A DNA stretch of 63,427 nucleotides, filler included, from Chiloscyllium plagiosum (lineage: Eukaryota): assembly GCF_004010195.1 (NCBI RefSeq). It is 5 parts of one record of this genome, joined end to end, with 100 filler letters (N's around TTAATTAATTAA, not from the genome) between each part and the next. Parts side by side here need not be neighbours in the genome. Positions count along the whole stretch, not along the records: positions 41,377 to 55,103 come from NC_057712.1; positions 55,204 to 60,728 come from NC_057712.1; positions 60,829 to 63,427 come from NC_057712.1; 2 more parts are not named here. One strand, 5' to 3'. This document shows, one piece after another, positions 53,060 through 63,427 of this stretch. Below the pieces are notes generated by a model, which saw only the letters and a program-made list of their open reading frames with translations, did no database searches and was not told the DNA's origin. The position numbers were made by a program, and so were the translations under genes. Within the stretch, counting starts at the first letter, position 1. Every line of letters starts with the position of its first letter.

Positions 53060-54273
53060 CCTGTTATGTGGCATTTTATTGATGGCCCACTGATTCACAA
53101 GCCAAACAGCAGCGACAAGGCCACTAACCAACCTTCCCTTTGACCTAAGACACCAGAGTTGAAGTCTGGCCAAGTGGGAGCTGTCAGTCACAAGCCAGCA
53201 GTTCTTCTGCTCAGCAGCACCATGAAGAAGACTGTGGCTGCTTCTGGAAGAGAGTTGTATCATGGACGATCCAGGAATAAAGTAAGTAATTCTGAAAGGA
53301 GGTGTGGTGGGTGAGTAGAGGGGGAGCAACCAGAGCTGGGGACACAGAGAGGGGACACAGTGATGTCTCTCAGCAGCCACTCTCTAGTCTGTGTCCAGTC
53401 CATGGCTCAGTTACTGATCAGCACTGTAAGACCCTAAAATCCAAAAACGGGATGACAAGCTGTTCACTTGGTCATGCACAATAACAGGCTCACTTGTACC
53501 GACAGTAATCTCTTGAGACTCCTAAATGGCCTGTGCTTGGCAAATTAAAGGCATGAGTTTGTGGCAGGGTGGGAAGGTCTTCTCAAAACCCCACACTGAC
53601 TGAATTCCAGTGGAGACAAGGCATTTATATTCATCACCATCTTCTCTAAATAATTGTCTTTCCTGCTTTCCAAGTTCATCGATTCCAGGAGAAGAAGATT
53701 CTCACCCGTTTCTGGACACTTCCATGGGCTAGACTGGCACTGTCTGGAACAACAGCTTGGAGTAATTGTAGTTATAGTAGGTATGAAGTCCAAAGTGAAG
53801 GCCAGAGTGCCTTCTGGGAATGGATTTGCATCTCTTGCACTTTGGGAACATTCATACCTGAATTACACTACATAACTTGTGAAATCAACAGCTCTTTGCA
53901 ATGGTACAAATTGTGCACCACAATGACAAGGTTTTATCAGAAATAATGTAGCTCATTCCATAGCTTTCCCACTACATACGTTTAGACTTTCTGACTGGTG
54001 CATTGGACCGTTTCACTACAAATTATTGGGGTTAACGTTGAAGGAAACCATTAACTTCTTTAAATGTAAATTGCAAAATTAGGGAGCTTCCTTGACATTT
54101 GATGGATCGCACTAAAGGGTTTTTAGTAGTTTGGGGAATTAGCCCACCCATAGAAAGCCTAATGATTCACAGCTTAATAACTCATAAAAGTCCTCTTGAA
54201 ATTGTTCTCAATTTGGAGACAAAGAGAAAAATTGTTCTAGCTGCTGAATATAATCTTGATCTGTTGTATTTAA

Positions 54274-55868
54274 TAGGAGAAAGTCAGGACTGCAGATGCT
54301 GGAGATCAGAGCTGAAAAATGTGTTGCTGGAAAAGCGCAGCAGGTCAGGCAGCATCCAAGGAGCAGGAGAATCGACGTTTCGGGCATAAGCCCTTCTTCA
54401 GAAATGAGGAAGGTGTGCCAAACATGCTAAGATAAAAGGTAGGGAGGAGAGACTTGGGGGAGGGGCGTTGGGACTGCGATGGGTGGAAGGAGGTTAAGGT
54501 GAGGGTGATAGGCGGGAGAGGGCGTGGGGGCGGAGAGGTCGGGAAGAAGATTGCAGGTCAAGAAGGTGATGCTGAGTCCGAGAGTTGGGACTGAGATAAG
54601 GCGGGGGGAGGGGAAATGAGGAAGCTGGAGAAATCTGCATTCATCCCTTGTGGTTGGAGGGTTCGGAAGATGAGTCGCTCTTCCTCCAGGCGTCGTGTTT
54701 CCATGGTCTAGCGATGGAGGAGGCCAAGGACCTGCATGTCCTTGGCAGAATGGGAGGGGGAGTTAAAGTGTTCAGCCACAGGGCGGTTGGGTTGGTTGGT
54801 CCAGGTGTCCCAGAAGTGTTCTCTGAAACATTCCACAAGTAGGCGGCCTGTTTCCCCAATGTAGAGGAGGCCACTTCGGGTGCAGCAGATGCAGTAAATT
54901 ATGTGTGTGGAGGTGCAGGTGAATTTGTGACAGATATGGAAGGATCCATTGTGGCCTTGGAGGGAAGTGAGGGGGGAGGTGTGGGCACAAGTTTTGCATT
55001 TCTTGCGGTTGCAGGGGAAGGTGCTGGGAGTGGAGGTTAGGTTGGTGGGGGGTGTGGACCTGACGAGGCAGTCGCGGAGGGAGTTGTCTTTCCGGAACGC
55101 TGANNNNNNNNNNNNNNNNNNNNNNNNNNNNNNNNNNNNNNNNNNNNTTAATTAATTAANNNNNNNNNNNNNNNNNNNNNNNNNNNNNNNNNNNNNNNNN
55201 NNNAGTTCGGTGGGGTAGGAGCAGGCGGAGACAATGGGTCGGCCGGGGCAGTCAGGTTTGTGGATTTTGGGCAGGAGGTAGAAGCGGGAGGTGCGGGGTT
55301 GTGGGACTATGAGGTTGGAGGTGGTGGATGGGAGATCCCCCGAGGTGATGAGGTTATGGACGGTCTGGGAGATGATGGTTTGGTGGTGGGGGGTGGGGTC
55401 ATGGTCAAGGGGGCAGTAGGAGGGGGTATCTGCGAGCTGGCGTTTGGCCTCAGCGGTGTAGAGGTCGGTGCGCCAAACTACTACCGCGCCTCCCTTGTCT
55501 GCTGGTTTGATAGTGAGGTTGGGGTTGCAACGGAGTGAGTGGAGGGCTGCGCGTTCCGAGGGTGAGAGGTTGGAGTGGATGTGAGGGGTGGGGGAGTTCA
55601 GGTGGCGGTTAATATCGCGGCGGCAGTTGGCTATGAAGAGGTCGAGGGCAGGTAGGAGGCCAGCACGGGGTGTCCAGGTGGATGGGGTGTGTTGGAGGCG
55701 GGAGAAGGGGTCGTCAGAGGGTGGGTGGGAGTCTTGGTTAAAGAAGTAGGCACGGAGGCGAAGGCGGCGGAAGAATTGTTCGATGTCACGCCGCGTGTTG
55801 AATTCATTAATCCGGGAGCGTAGGGGAATGAAGGTGAGGCCTCTGCTGAGGACTGATCTTTCATCCTC
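54274..55868 (-). mobile_element. Penelope-like element (family A subfamily) spanning a gap; source of the fold-back mini-elements
   Basis: Pre-RT region, CNRKKCKTC linker, LLYIGET GIY-YIG, 3' UTR ending ...GCATCTGCAGTCCTGACTTTCTCC. Confidence 0.9.
54370..54405 (-). ncRNA. Minimal hammerhead motif (CUGAAGA variant)
   Basis: Reverse complement ATTT-CTGAAGA-A-GGGC-TTAT-GCCC-GAAAC-GTC-GATT. Confidence 0.7.
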
Positions 55869-56825
55869 ATATCAGGAGTGTGATGGAATACCCTTCAATT
55901 GCCTGGATGGGTGCAGCTCCAACAACATATAAGAAGTTTGACACTATCCAGGACAAAACAGCCTGCTTGATTGGCACCAAATCCACAAGCATCCACTTAA
56001 TTCACCACTGACACCCAGTACTAGCAGTAATTTATCAAAAATCCACCAAAGACTGCATCTTCCAAACTCAAGACCACTATCATCAATTAAGACAAGGACA
56101 GCAGACAAATGGGAATATCAGCATCTGCAAATTCCCCTCCAAGCCACTCACCATTCTGACTTGGAAATAATAGTAGTTATTTCACAGTCACTGGGCCAAA
56201 ATCCTGAAATTCTCTCCTTAATAGCATTGTGAGTTTACCCACAGCACACTGACCTCAGTGGTTTAAGAAGGCAGCTCACCACAACCTTTTTCAGAGCAAC
56301 TAGGAATGGGCAATGAATACTGGCCTAAGCACCGATGCCCACGTCTCACAAATGAACTTTAAAAAGTTCTTGTTTGACAAGGAACTAAAATGGTATTACG
56401 ATAAACAGGAAAGTTTAGGTCACAATTGGGTATTCCACAATTTTATCAAACGGTGAAGCAGGCTCAGAGGCAAAATTGCATACTGCTGAGCTGAATTTGT
56501 ATATTCATATGAAACAGTTTTCCTTTGTGCTATGCATGACTTCAGGTGATAAGTTCATAATTGCAATAAGTATCAAAGAGATAACAGTGAGTTCAGAGCT
56601 CAATTTACATTTTCATTGAAATATTATTTATTATGGGCAATTTTGTGACTCATCATACCCAGCAGAAGGACTTGGTAGATTATTGCAAGATCTTAGACAT
56701 GTACTTTATCTTTAAAATAGCTGCATTATCTCACAATATGTGACCTCATTTAAAATCTTTCTCACAGCAGTCAGTTAGTACAGTTCAGTTCATCACCCAG
56801 TAAACTAAGTGCACAATAGCATCAC

Positions 56826-57143
56826 AGAACCCCTAAGTTGTGGAAACAGGCCATTTGGCTAACCTCTGAAGAGCATCCCACCCAGACCAATCTCTTTACC
56901 CTTTTCCTATAACCCTATATTTCCCATGGCTAATGCCCCTAATCTATACAGCCCTGAACACTATGGGCAATTTATCATGGCCAATTCACCTGACCTGCAC
57001 ATCTTTGGAGTGTGGGAGGAAACCAGAGAACCTGATGGAAACCCACGCAGGCATGGGAACAGCATGCAAAGTCCACACATACAGTTACCTGAGGGTGGAA
57101 TTGAACCTGTGTCCCGGGCATTGTGAGACAGCAGTGTTAACCA
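56826..57143 (-). mobile_element. HE1-type V-SINE, diverged
   Basis: V-domain and tail recognisable. Confidence 0.8.
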
Positions 57144-57228
57144 TGGATTGACCGAACATAATCAAATTCTAAGCAAGCAGAGCCTTGACTGTATATTGAG
57201 GTTTGCTCTATTATATCAATATACATTG

Positions 57229-58527
57229 AACATAAATGTTAGATCAGTACAACACAGTCAGGCCCTTTGGCCCACGATGTTGTACCGAGCATTTATCTTA
57301 ATCTAAGATCAACCAAACCTATACACTCCTCAATTTACTGCCATCCATGTGCTAGTCCAGCAGTCACCTAAATGTCCCTAATGTCTCTGACTCGACTACC
57401 ACCGCAGGCAGTGCATTCTATGCACCCACCATTCTCTGCATAAAGAACCTACCTCCTCTATGCATCTCCTCTATACCTCCCTCCAATCATCTTAAAATTA
57501 TGGCCCCTCATGACAGCCATTTCTGCCCTGGGAAAGGGTGTCTATATACGCTTCTCATTATCTTGTACACCTCTATCAAGTCAGCTCTCTTCCTTCTTCT
57601 CCCTAATGTGAAAAGACCAAGCTCACTCAACATCTCTTCATAAGGCAAGCCCTCCAATCCAGGCAGCGTCCTGGTAAATCTCCTCTGCACCCTGTACAAG
57701 GCATCTTCATGCTTCCTATGATGAGGCGACCAGAACGGGACACAATATTCCAATGTGCTTAAAAATGTGTTGCTGGAAAAGCGCAGCAGGTCAGGCAGCA
57801 TCAAAGGAGTAGGAGAATCGACGTTTGCGGCATAAGCCCTTCTTAAACGTCGATTCTCCTACTCCTTTGATGCTGCCTGACCTGCTGCGCTTTTCCAGCA
57901 ACACATTTTTAAGCTCTGATCTCCAGCATCTGCAGTCCTCACTTTTTGCACAATATTCCAATGTGGCCTAACCAGGATTTTATAGAGCTGGAGCTAAATC
58001 TCGTGGCTCTTAACCTCAATTCCCCCTGTTAATGAAAGCCAAAACACCATACACCCTCTTAAAAACCCTATCAACTTAGGTGACAACTTTGAGGGATCTA
58101 TGTACATGGATCCCAACATCCTGCTGTTCCTCCACACTGTCTTTAACCCTGTATTCAGTATCCAAAATGAATCACTTCACATTTGTCCAGGTCGAGCTTC
58201 ATCTGCCACTTAACAGCCTAGCCATGCACCCTGTCAATATCATGTTATAGCCTGCAACAGCCCTCGACACTATCTACAAAACGACCGACCTTTGTGTCAT
58301 TGGCAAACTTACTAACCCACCCGTCCACTTCTTCATCCAAGTCATTTGTGAAAACTACAAAAAGCATAGATCCAAGAACAGATCCCTGCAGGACACCACT
58401 GATCACCGACCACCAGGCTGAATACCTTTCATCCACTACCACTCGCTGTCTTCTTTCAGCCAGCCAATTCTGTATCCAGACAGCCACATTTTCCTGTATC
58501 CCACACCTCCTAACTTTCTGAATGAGT
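57229..58527 (-). mobile_element. CR1 RT to 3' tail fragment
   Basis: WIQNWLAERRQRVVV...SGVLQGSVLG...KFANDTK; LEYCVPFWSP. Confidence 0.9.
57758..57948. mobile_element. PLE-derived fold-back mini-element with perfect 17 bp TSD
   Basis: TSD CACAATATTCCAATGTG 57741-57757/57949-57965; perfect 70 bp arms 57757-57826 and 57845-57914. Confidence 0.92.
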
Positions 58528-59136
58528 TCATAGTTGGTGTTATTAATAAACTTCAAGATGTCTGTCTCAACAAGAACCCAATCAAGCACATAGAAAATCA
58601 TATCACATCATGAAGCCAGCAAGCGAGTACTCAAGGCTTGTCACAGCAAGTTGGTACTAAAGACTAAAAAGAGAGAAGATAAAACAGTTCTGAAGAGTTC
58701 TTTTCCAAATTCCCATGTAAGATATTGTATTATAGGTATCCTTACTAACCCACCGACAGGCGCTCTATGTTTACTAATACCGCGTTCCCATCCATTCATT
58801 CATAACTCTGTACTAACTCACTCATTAGCTCGCTATGTTTACCTTATTGCATTTTCATTTATTCATTCATAAAATTGCATTTTTGTTGCGCATTTCATTA
58901 TTACAAGGTAGACAAAGTTAAAACATCCCTTTCAACCCATTAGTGCTTCTTCACACTATCAATCCTTATTGACCCCATGCTGCAAGCAGTGTTTAGACCT
59001 ATTTCTAGATCAAAAACTACCCCTGAGTAAGTGCCAATTTAGTAACCTATTCAGAACAATGCCAACCTGCCATCGTGTCTCCATGACTCACCCAAAACTA
59101 TGGAAAGATCATAGTACTAATCAGCCCTTAATAATT

Positions 59137-59323
59137 GGTTAGCACTGCTGCCTCACAGCAATAGGGTCCCAGGTTCAATTCCAGCATTGGGCAACTGTCA
59201 TTGTGGAGTTTATACATTCGCCCTGTGTCTGTGTGGGTTTCCTCCGGGTGCTCCAGTTTCCTCCCACAGTCCAAAGATGTGCAGGTCAGGTGAATTGGCT
59301 GTGCTAAATTGCCCACAGTGTTA
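59137..59323 (+). mobile_element. HE1-type V-SINE, partial
   Basis: Head and V-domain. Confidence 0.85.
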
Positions 59324-60084
59324 GAGCATCAAACAGTTTTCTCAACTGGTACATACCTGTTAAATACATATTAAATAGGATTGCTATCCCCTTTAAGAAT
59401 CTTATGATTAAGAAAGCGCTTCCGTGAAACTGCATGAATGTCTGTCAAAACCATTAACAGTAAATAAAATCTCACGACCCAGCTGTAATAATCAGTTTAA
59501 GATCCTTTATACTTCATTAAGCACATGTATAATTTCTAACTTATTTAGATCACATAGTTTTAGTATTTTTACTAACATTTACTAGCTTAAAATATGAAAG
59601 GACTAACACCTTTGAATTATGCAAGCAGGTTGGCCAGACGCTGTAAGCCGATCAGGTGTAGCAGCTAGCATTTACTAAGTGTTTAAACAATCTTCTGCTT
59701 CACCAGGACAAATGTCATGCAAAACTTTTTGTGTACAATAGATAGAATTATGTGATATATCGTGTTGGAATTTCAATGTATGTAAGAACTGTACTTCGGG
59801 ATTCCATTGCTACCTCAAACTGTGCTACTGCAGATGCTCAATAAAGAGGCTATTTTTCACCACTCACTGATTTCGGTCGCTATTTGAACATGATCCCACA
59901 CCCACCTGACAAATTTCAGAGATGAAGTTGCAACTACAAACAAATCTAATGGCTATATCTCCAGTGAAGGAAGAAGCTTTTGTGAATACCCTCTCTTTCT
60001 ATCTCCCTTCCTTTCCCATTTAAAAAACACCAACAACTGGCCTGATCAAAACAAAACTAAGCCTGCTCCACCTTTTAATCATAG

Positions 60085-60728
60085 CTGTTGTGGTTCTGTT
60101 CACCGAGCTGGGAATTTGTGTTGCAGACGTTTCGTCCCCTGCCTAGGTGACATCCTCAGTGCTTGGGAGCCTCCTGTGAAGCGCTTCTGTGATGTTTCCT
60201 CCGGCATTTATAGTGGTTTGAATCTGTCGCTTCTGGTTGTCAGTTCCAGCTGTCCGTTGCAGTGGTCGGTATATTGGGTCCAGGTCGATGTGCTTATTGA
60301 TTGAATCTGTGGATGAGTGCCATGTCTCTAGGAATTCCCTGGCTGTTCTCTGTTTGGCTTGCCCTATAATAGTAGTGTTGACCCAGTCGAATTCATGTTG
60401 CTTGTCATCTGCGTGTGTGGCTATGAAGGATAGCTGGTCGTGCCGTTTCGTGGCTAGTTGGTGTTCATGGATGCGGATCGTTAGCTGTCTTCCTGTTTGT
60501 CCTATGTAATGTTTTGTGCAGTCCTTGCATGGGATTTTGTACACTACATTGGTTTTGCTCATGCTGGGTATCGGGTCCTTCGTCCTGGTGAGTTGTTGTC
60601 TGAGAGTGGCTGTTGGTTTGTGTGCTGTTATAAGTCCTAGTGGTCGCAGTAGTCTGGCTGTCAGTTCGGAAATGCTCTTGATGTATGGTAGTGTGGCTAG
60701 TCCTTTGGGTTGCGGCATGTCCTCGTTC
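60085..60728 (-). mobile_element. Penelope-like element (family C, Poseidon/Penelope-like), open GIY-YIG C-terminal ORF and 3' end
   Basis: ORF 60143..60718: LPYIKSISE...VVYKIPCKDCTKHYIGQTGRQLTIRIHEH...REFLETWH..SIN. Confidence 0.93.
60123..60162 (-). ncRNA. Minimal type I hammerhead ribozyme motif (PLE family C) overlapping the ORF end
   Basis: Reverse complement GCA-CTGAGGA-T-GTCACCT-AGGC-AGGGGAC-GAAAC-GTC-TGC; helix I GCA/UGC. Confidence 0.78.
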
Positions 60729-60828
60729 NNNNNNNNNNNNNNNNNNNNNNNNNNNNNNNNNNNNNNNNNNNNTTAATTAATTAANNNNNNNNNNNNNNNN
60801 NNNNNNNNNNNNNNNNNNNNNNNNNNNN

Positions 60829-60959
60829 CTAGCTTATCTCTCCACGCTTCAGGCTCTCTGCCTTTATTCCTGATGAAGGGCTTTTGCCCGAAACGTCGAT
60901 TTTGCTGCTCGTCGGATGCTGCCTGAATTGCTGTGCTCTTCCAGCACCACTAATCCAGA
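60829..60959 (+). mobile_element. PLE family A pseudo-LTR with hammerhead motif (60865-60902)
   Basis: CTGATGA 60870-60876, GGGC-TTTT-GCCC, GAAAC-GTC 60890-60897. Confidence 0.85.
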
Positions 60960-62059
60960 GCACTGTGGGTCAAGCTACAGGACATGGACTGCAGTGATTC
61001 AAGAAGGCAGCTATTTCACTATAATTCTCAAGGGCAGCGAAGGATGGGCAATGAATGCTAGCCAGCCAGCAACAATTTTATCCCATGAGGAAATTTTTAA
61101 AAATAGACATATCCTTTTCTATTTAATCCCTCCAGAAAAATTGTAGAAGAACCTTCTTATTTCTCTTCTAACGATATCTACAGAGCTCCAGCAGCCTCCC
61201 AAATAAATCTCAAGTGTAAAGATTTTCCGGATTAGTTTTGAAATGATTCCTGGAAAGTTTGCCTGGACACTCAATGTCACAAATCATTGTCTTCTTCCTT
61301 TATATTGGCAACTGCTCAGAAACCACAGTGAAGTTTCCAAGTCGGTATGGGTTAAAATACCTTTTTCTGTAGACTGGATGCACCCTTGGTGAGGTACGTA
61401 ACCCAGTGACACCCTGGCTCCCTGACTGGTGGCAGCGAAGAGACAAATGGTACAGGGCAATGGTACAGGGTACAGTCATTCAGAGGATTCACATTATTTG
61501 GTGAAATATTAATTCAAGAAATAAAATCTGGAATTGAAAGCTAGTCAAGGTCAATGTATTCTCAGTTACAGTAAAAACTCACCTAATATCCCTTAGGGAA
61601 CAAAGTCTGCTATACTTACCTTATCTGGCCTACATGTGACTCCAGACCCACAGCAACCTGGCTGACTCTTAAATGCCCTGGAAATGGCTCAGGAAACCAA
61701 TTAATTCCAGGGCACTTTGGGATGGGTAACAAAATGCTGGTGTTGCCAGCAAAGCCTGAAGAGAACTGAATCAGTTTAAGCTAGTTAAGGGTTAAATTTT
61801 CAGATGCAGTAAATCAAAAGGGAACCTCAGATGCACAAAGGCAAGCTCGAAGTGCCGGAACCACACCAGCAGCAAGATAATGTTGGCCTTGGCTGAAATA
61901 CAGACAATTCCTCTTTTTAAACTGTGGGCAAACAGTACATTATGTAAGACACTTGGATGAAGAAATGTGGGAGTTGTGATATGTAATATTACGTATGAAG
62001 TTAGGAGGTGTCTGTAATCCGCAAGAGCTGATTTTATCCAAACCAAGTCGTATCATGTG

Positions 62060-62692
62060 AAATATGTGGAATGAACTGCCAGAAGAAATGGTAGATGCAG
62101 GTGCAGTTACAGCATTTAGACTCATAGAGTCAGAGATGTATAGCATGGAAACAGACCCTTCGGTCCAATTCGTCTATGCTGGCCAGATAGCCTGAATTAA
62201 TCTAGTCCCATTAGCCAGCACTTGGCCCATATCCCTCTAAACACTTCTTATTCATATACCCATCAGATTCCTTTTAAATGTTGCAATTGTACCAGCCTCC
62301 ATCACTTCCTCTGGCAGCTCATTCCATACATGTATGACCTGTGTGTGAAAATATCACCCCTTAGGTCCCTTTTATATATTTCCCCTGTCACCCGAAACCT
62401 ATGCCATCTAGTTCTGGACTCCTCCAACTCTGCGAAAAGACCTTGTCGATTTATCCTATCCATGCCCCTCATGATTCTATAAACCTCTTTAAAGGTCACC
62501 CCTCACACTCCAATGCTCCAGGAAAACAGCCCCAGCCTATTCATTGTCTCCCTATAGCTTAAAAGACATTTGAACAGGTACATGAATAGGAAAGGCTTCG
62601 AGGGATGTGGGCGAAACACAGGCAAGTGGAACCCGTCAGGTTTGGGAACATGGTCAGCATGGACTAGTTGGACTGAAGGGTCTGTTTCCATG
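62060..62692. mobile_element. CR1 3' end (+) interrupted by an antisense CR1 3' fragment (~62118-62560)
   Basis: TGGAATGAACTGCCAG...ACAGCATTTA resumes at TTAAAAGACATTTGAACAGG. Confidence 0.8.
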
Positions 62693-63177
62693 GACAGACT
62701 GAAGGGTCTGTGGTTCGCTCTCTTTATGATAATGGTCCTTTTTATTTTGAGTCTTCCGTCAATTTGTCAAGTTGTGCAATAACAACACCCATACCTATCG
62801 AAAGGAGACCCCCTAATAGTCAGAGAGAATTGAGAAACAAACCTGTAAGGAGATCTCAGCTATCTGTAAAAACAATAGGGTGGTTATGGGAGGGGATTTT
62901 AACTTTCCAAACATCGACTGCTAGTTGGACTGAAGGGTCTGTTTCCATGGACAGACTGAAGGGTCTGTGGTTCGCTCTCTTTATGATAATGGTCCTTTTT
63001 ATTTTGAGTCTTCCGTCAATTTGTCAAGTTGTGCAATAACAACACCCATACCTATCGAAAGGAGACCCCCTAATAGTCAGAGAGAATTGAGAAACAAACC
63101 TGTAAGGAGATCTCAGCTATCTGTAAAAACAATAGGGTGGTTATGGGAGGGGATTTTAACTTTCCAAACATCGACTG
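62664..63177 (+). repeat. Perfect tandem duplication, 2 x 257 bp
   Basis: 62664-62920 equals 62921-63177 on direct reading. Confidence 0.95.
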
Positions 63178-63427
63178 GGACTGCCATAGTGTTAAGGGTT
63201 TAGATGGAGAGGAATTTGTTAAGTGTGTACAACAAAATTTTCTGATTCAGTATGTGGATGTACCTACCAGAGAAGGTGCAAAACTTGACCTACTCTTGGG
63301 AAATAAGGCAGGACAGATGACTGAGGTGTCGGTGGGGGAGCACTTTGGGGCCAGCGACCATAATTCAATTCGTTTTAAAATAGTGATGGAAAAGGATAGA
63401 CCAGATCTAAAAGTGGAAGTTCTAAAT
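63063..63427 (+). mobile_element. CR1 ORF2 endonuclease fragment running off the window
   Basis: Near-identical to 46885-47250 (RPPNSQRE...GDFNFPNIDW...EHFGASDHN). Confidence 0.9.

Noticed and set aside
1738..59323. Recurring ORFs (DCGRKPEHPEETHADTGR; VAQWLALLPHS) and tRNA-like A/B boxes
   Set aside because: Translations and heads of HE1 SINEs; neither proteins nor complete tRNA genes
19732..60784. Identical TTAATTAATTAA islands at 19732, 41321, 55148 and 60773
   Set aside because: Each is centred in N44+12+N44 = 100 nt and has stops in all six frames; scaffolding linker, not biology
61324..61362. CACAGTG heptamer as a V(D)J recombination signal (also ~12140)
   Set aside because: Nonamer or spacer does not fit and no V/J segment is adjacent

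Overview
Eukaryotic, repeat-dominated vertebrate DNA, most likely from a cartilaginous fish (shark): it carries ~15 HE1-type tRNA-derived V-SINEs whose 3' tail matches the CR1/HER1-type LINEs in the window. No host protein-coding gene is recognisable; nearly all ORF-track entries are TE fragments or their antisense shadows. Content: many decayed CR1 LINEs (one near full length), a second CR1/Zenon-like LINE with its own SINE partner, a decayed full-length Gypsy (K02A2.6-like) LTR element, an RTE 3' fragment with a TSD, and at least three families of Penelope-like elements (PLEs; RT plus GIY-YIG). The most interesting system is in the PLEs: each family carries a minimal type I hammerhead ribozyme motif (CUGANGA / stem II / GAAA / palindromic ACGU or AGCU / NUH) at its 3' end, one overlapping the ORF stop codon. 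Four ~160-210 bp non-coding fold-back mini-elements built only from that hammerhead-bearing 3' end are also present, three with 12-17 bp target-site duplications. Also present: a ~660 bp PLE palindrome, an inverted templated insertion copied from 4 kb away, a perfect 257 bp tandem duplication, and artificial TTAATTAATTAA scaffold linkers inside 100-nt gaps. Family names come from motif recognition, not database searches, and most TE boundaries are approximate.
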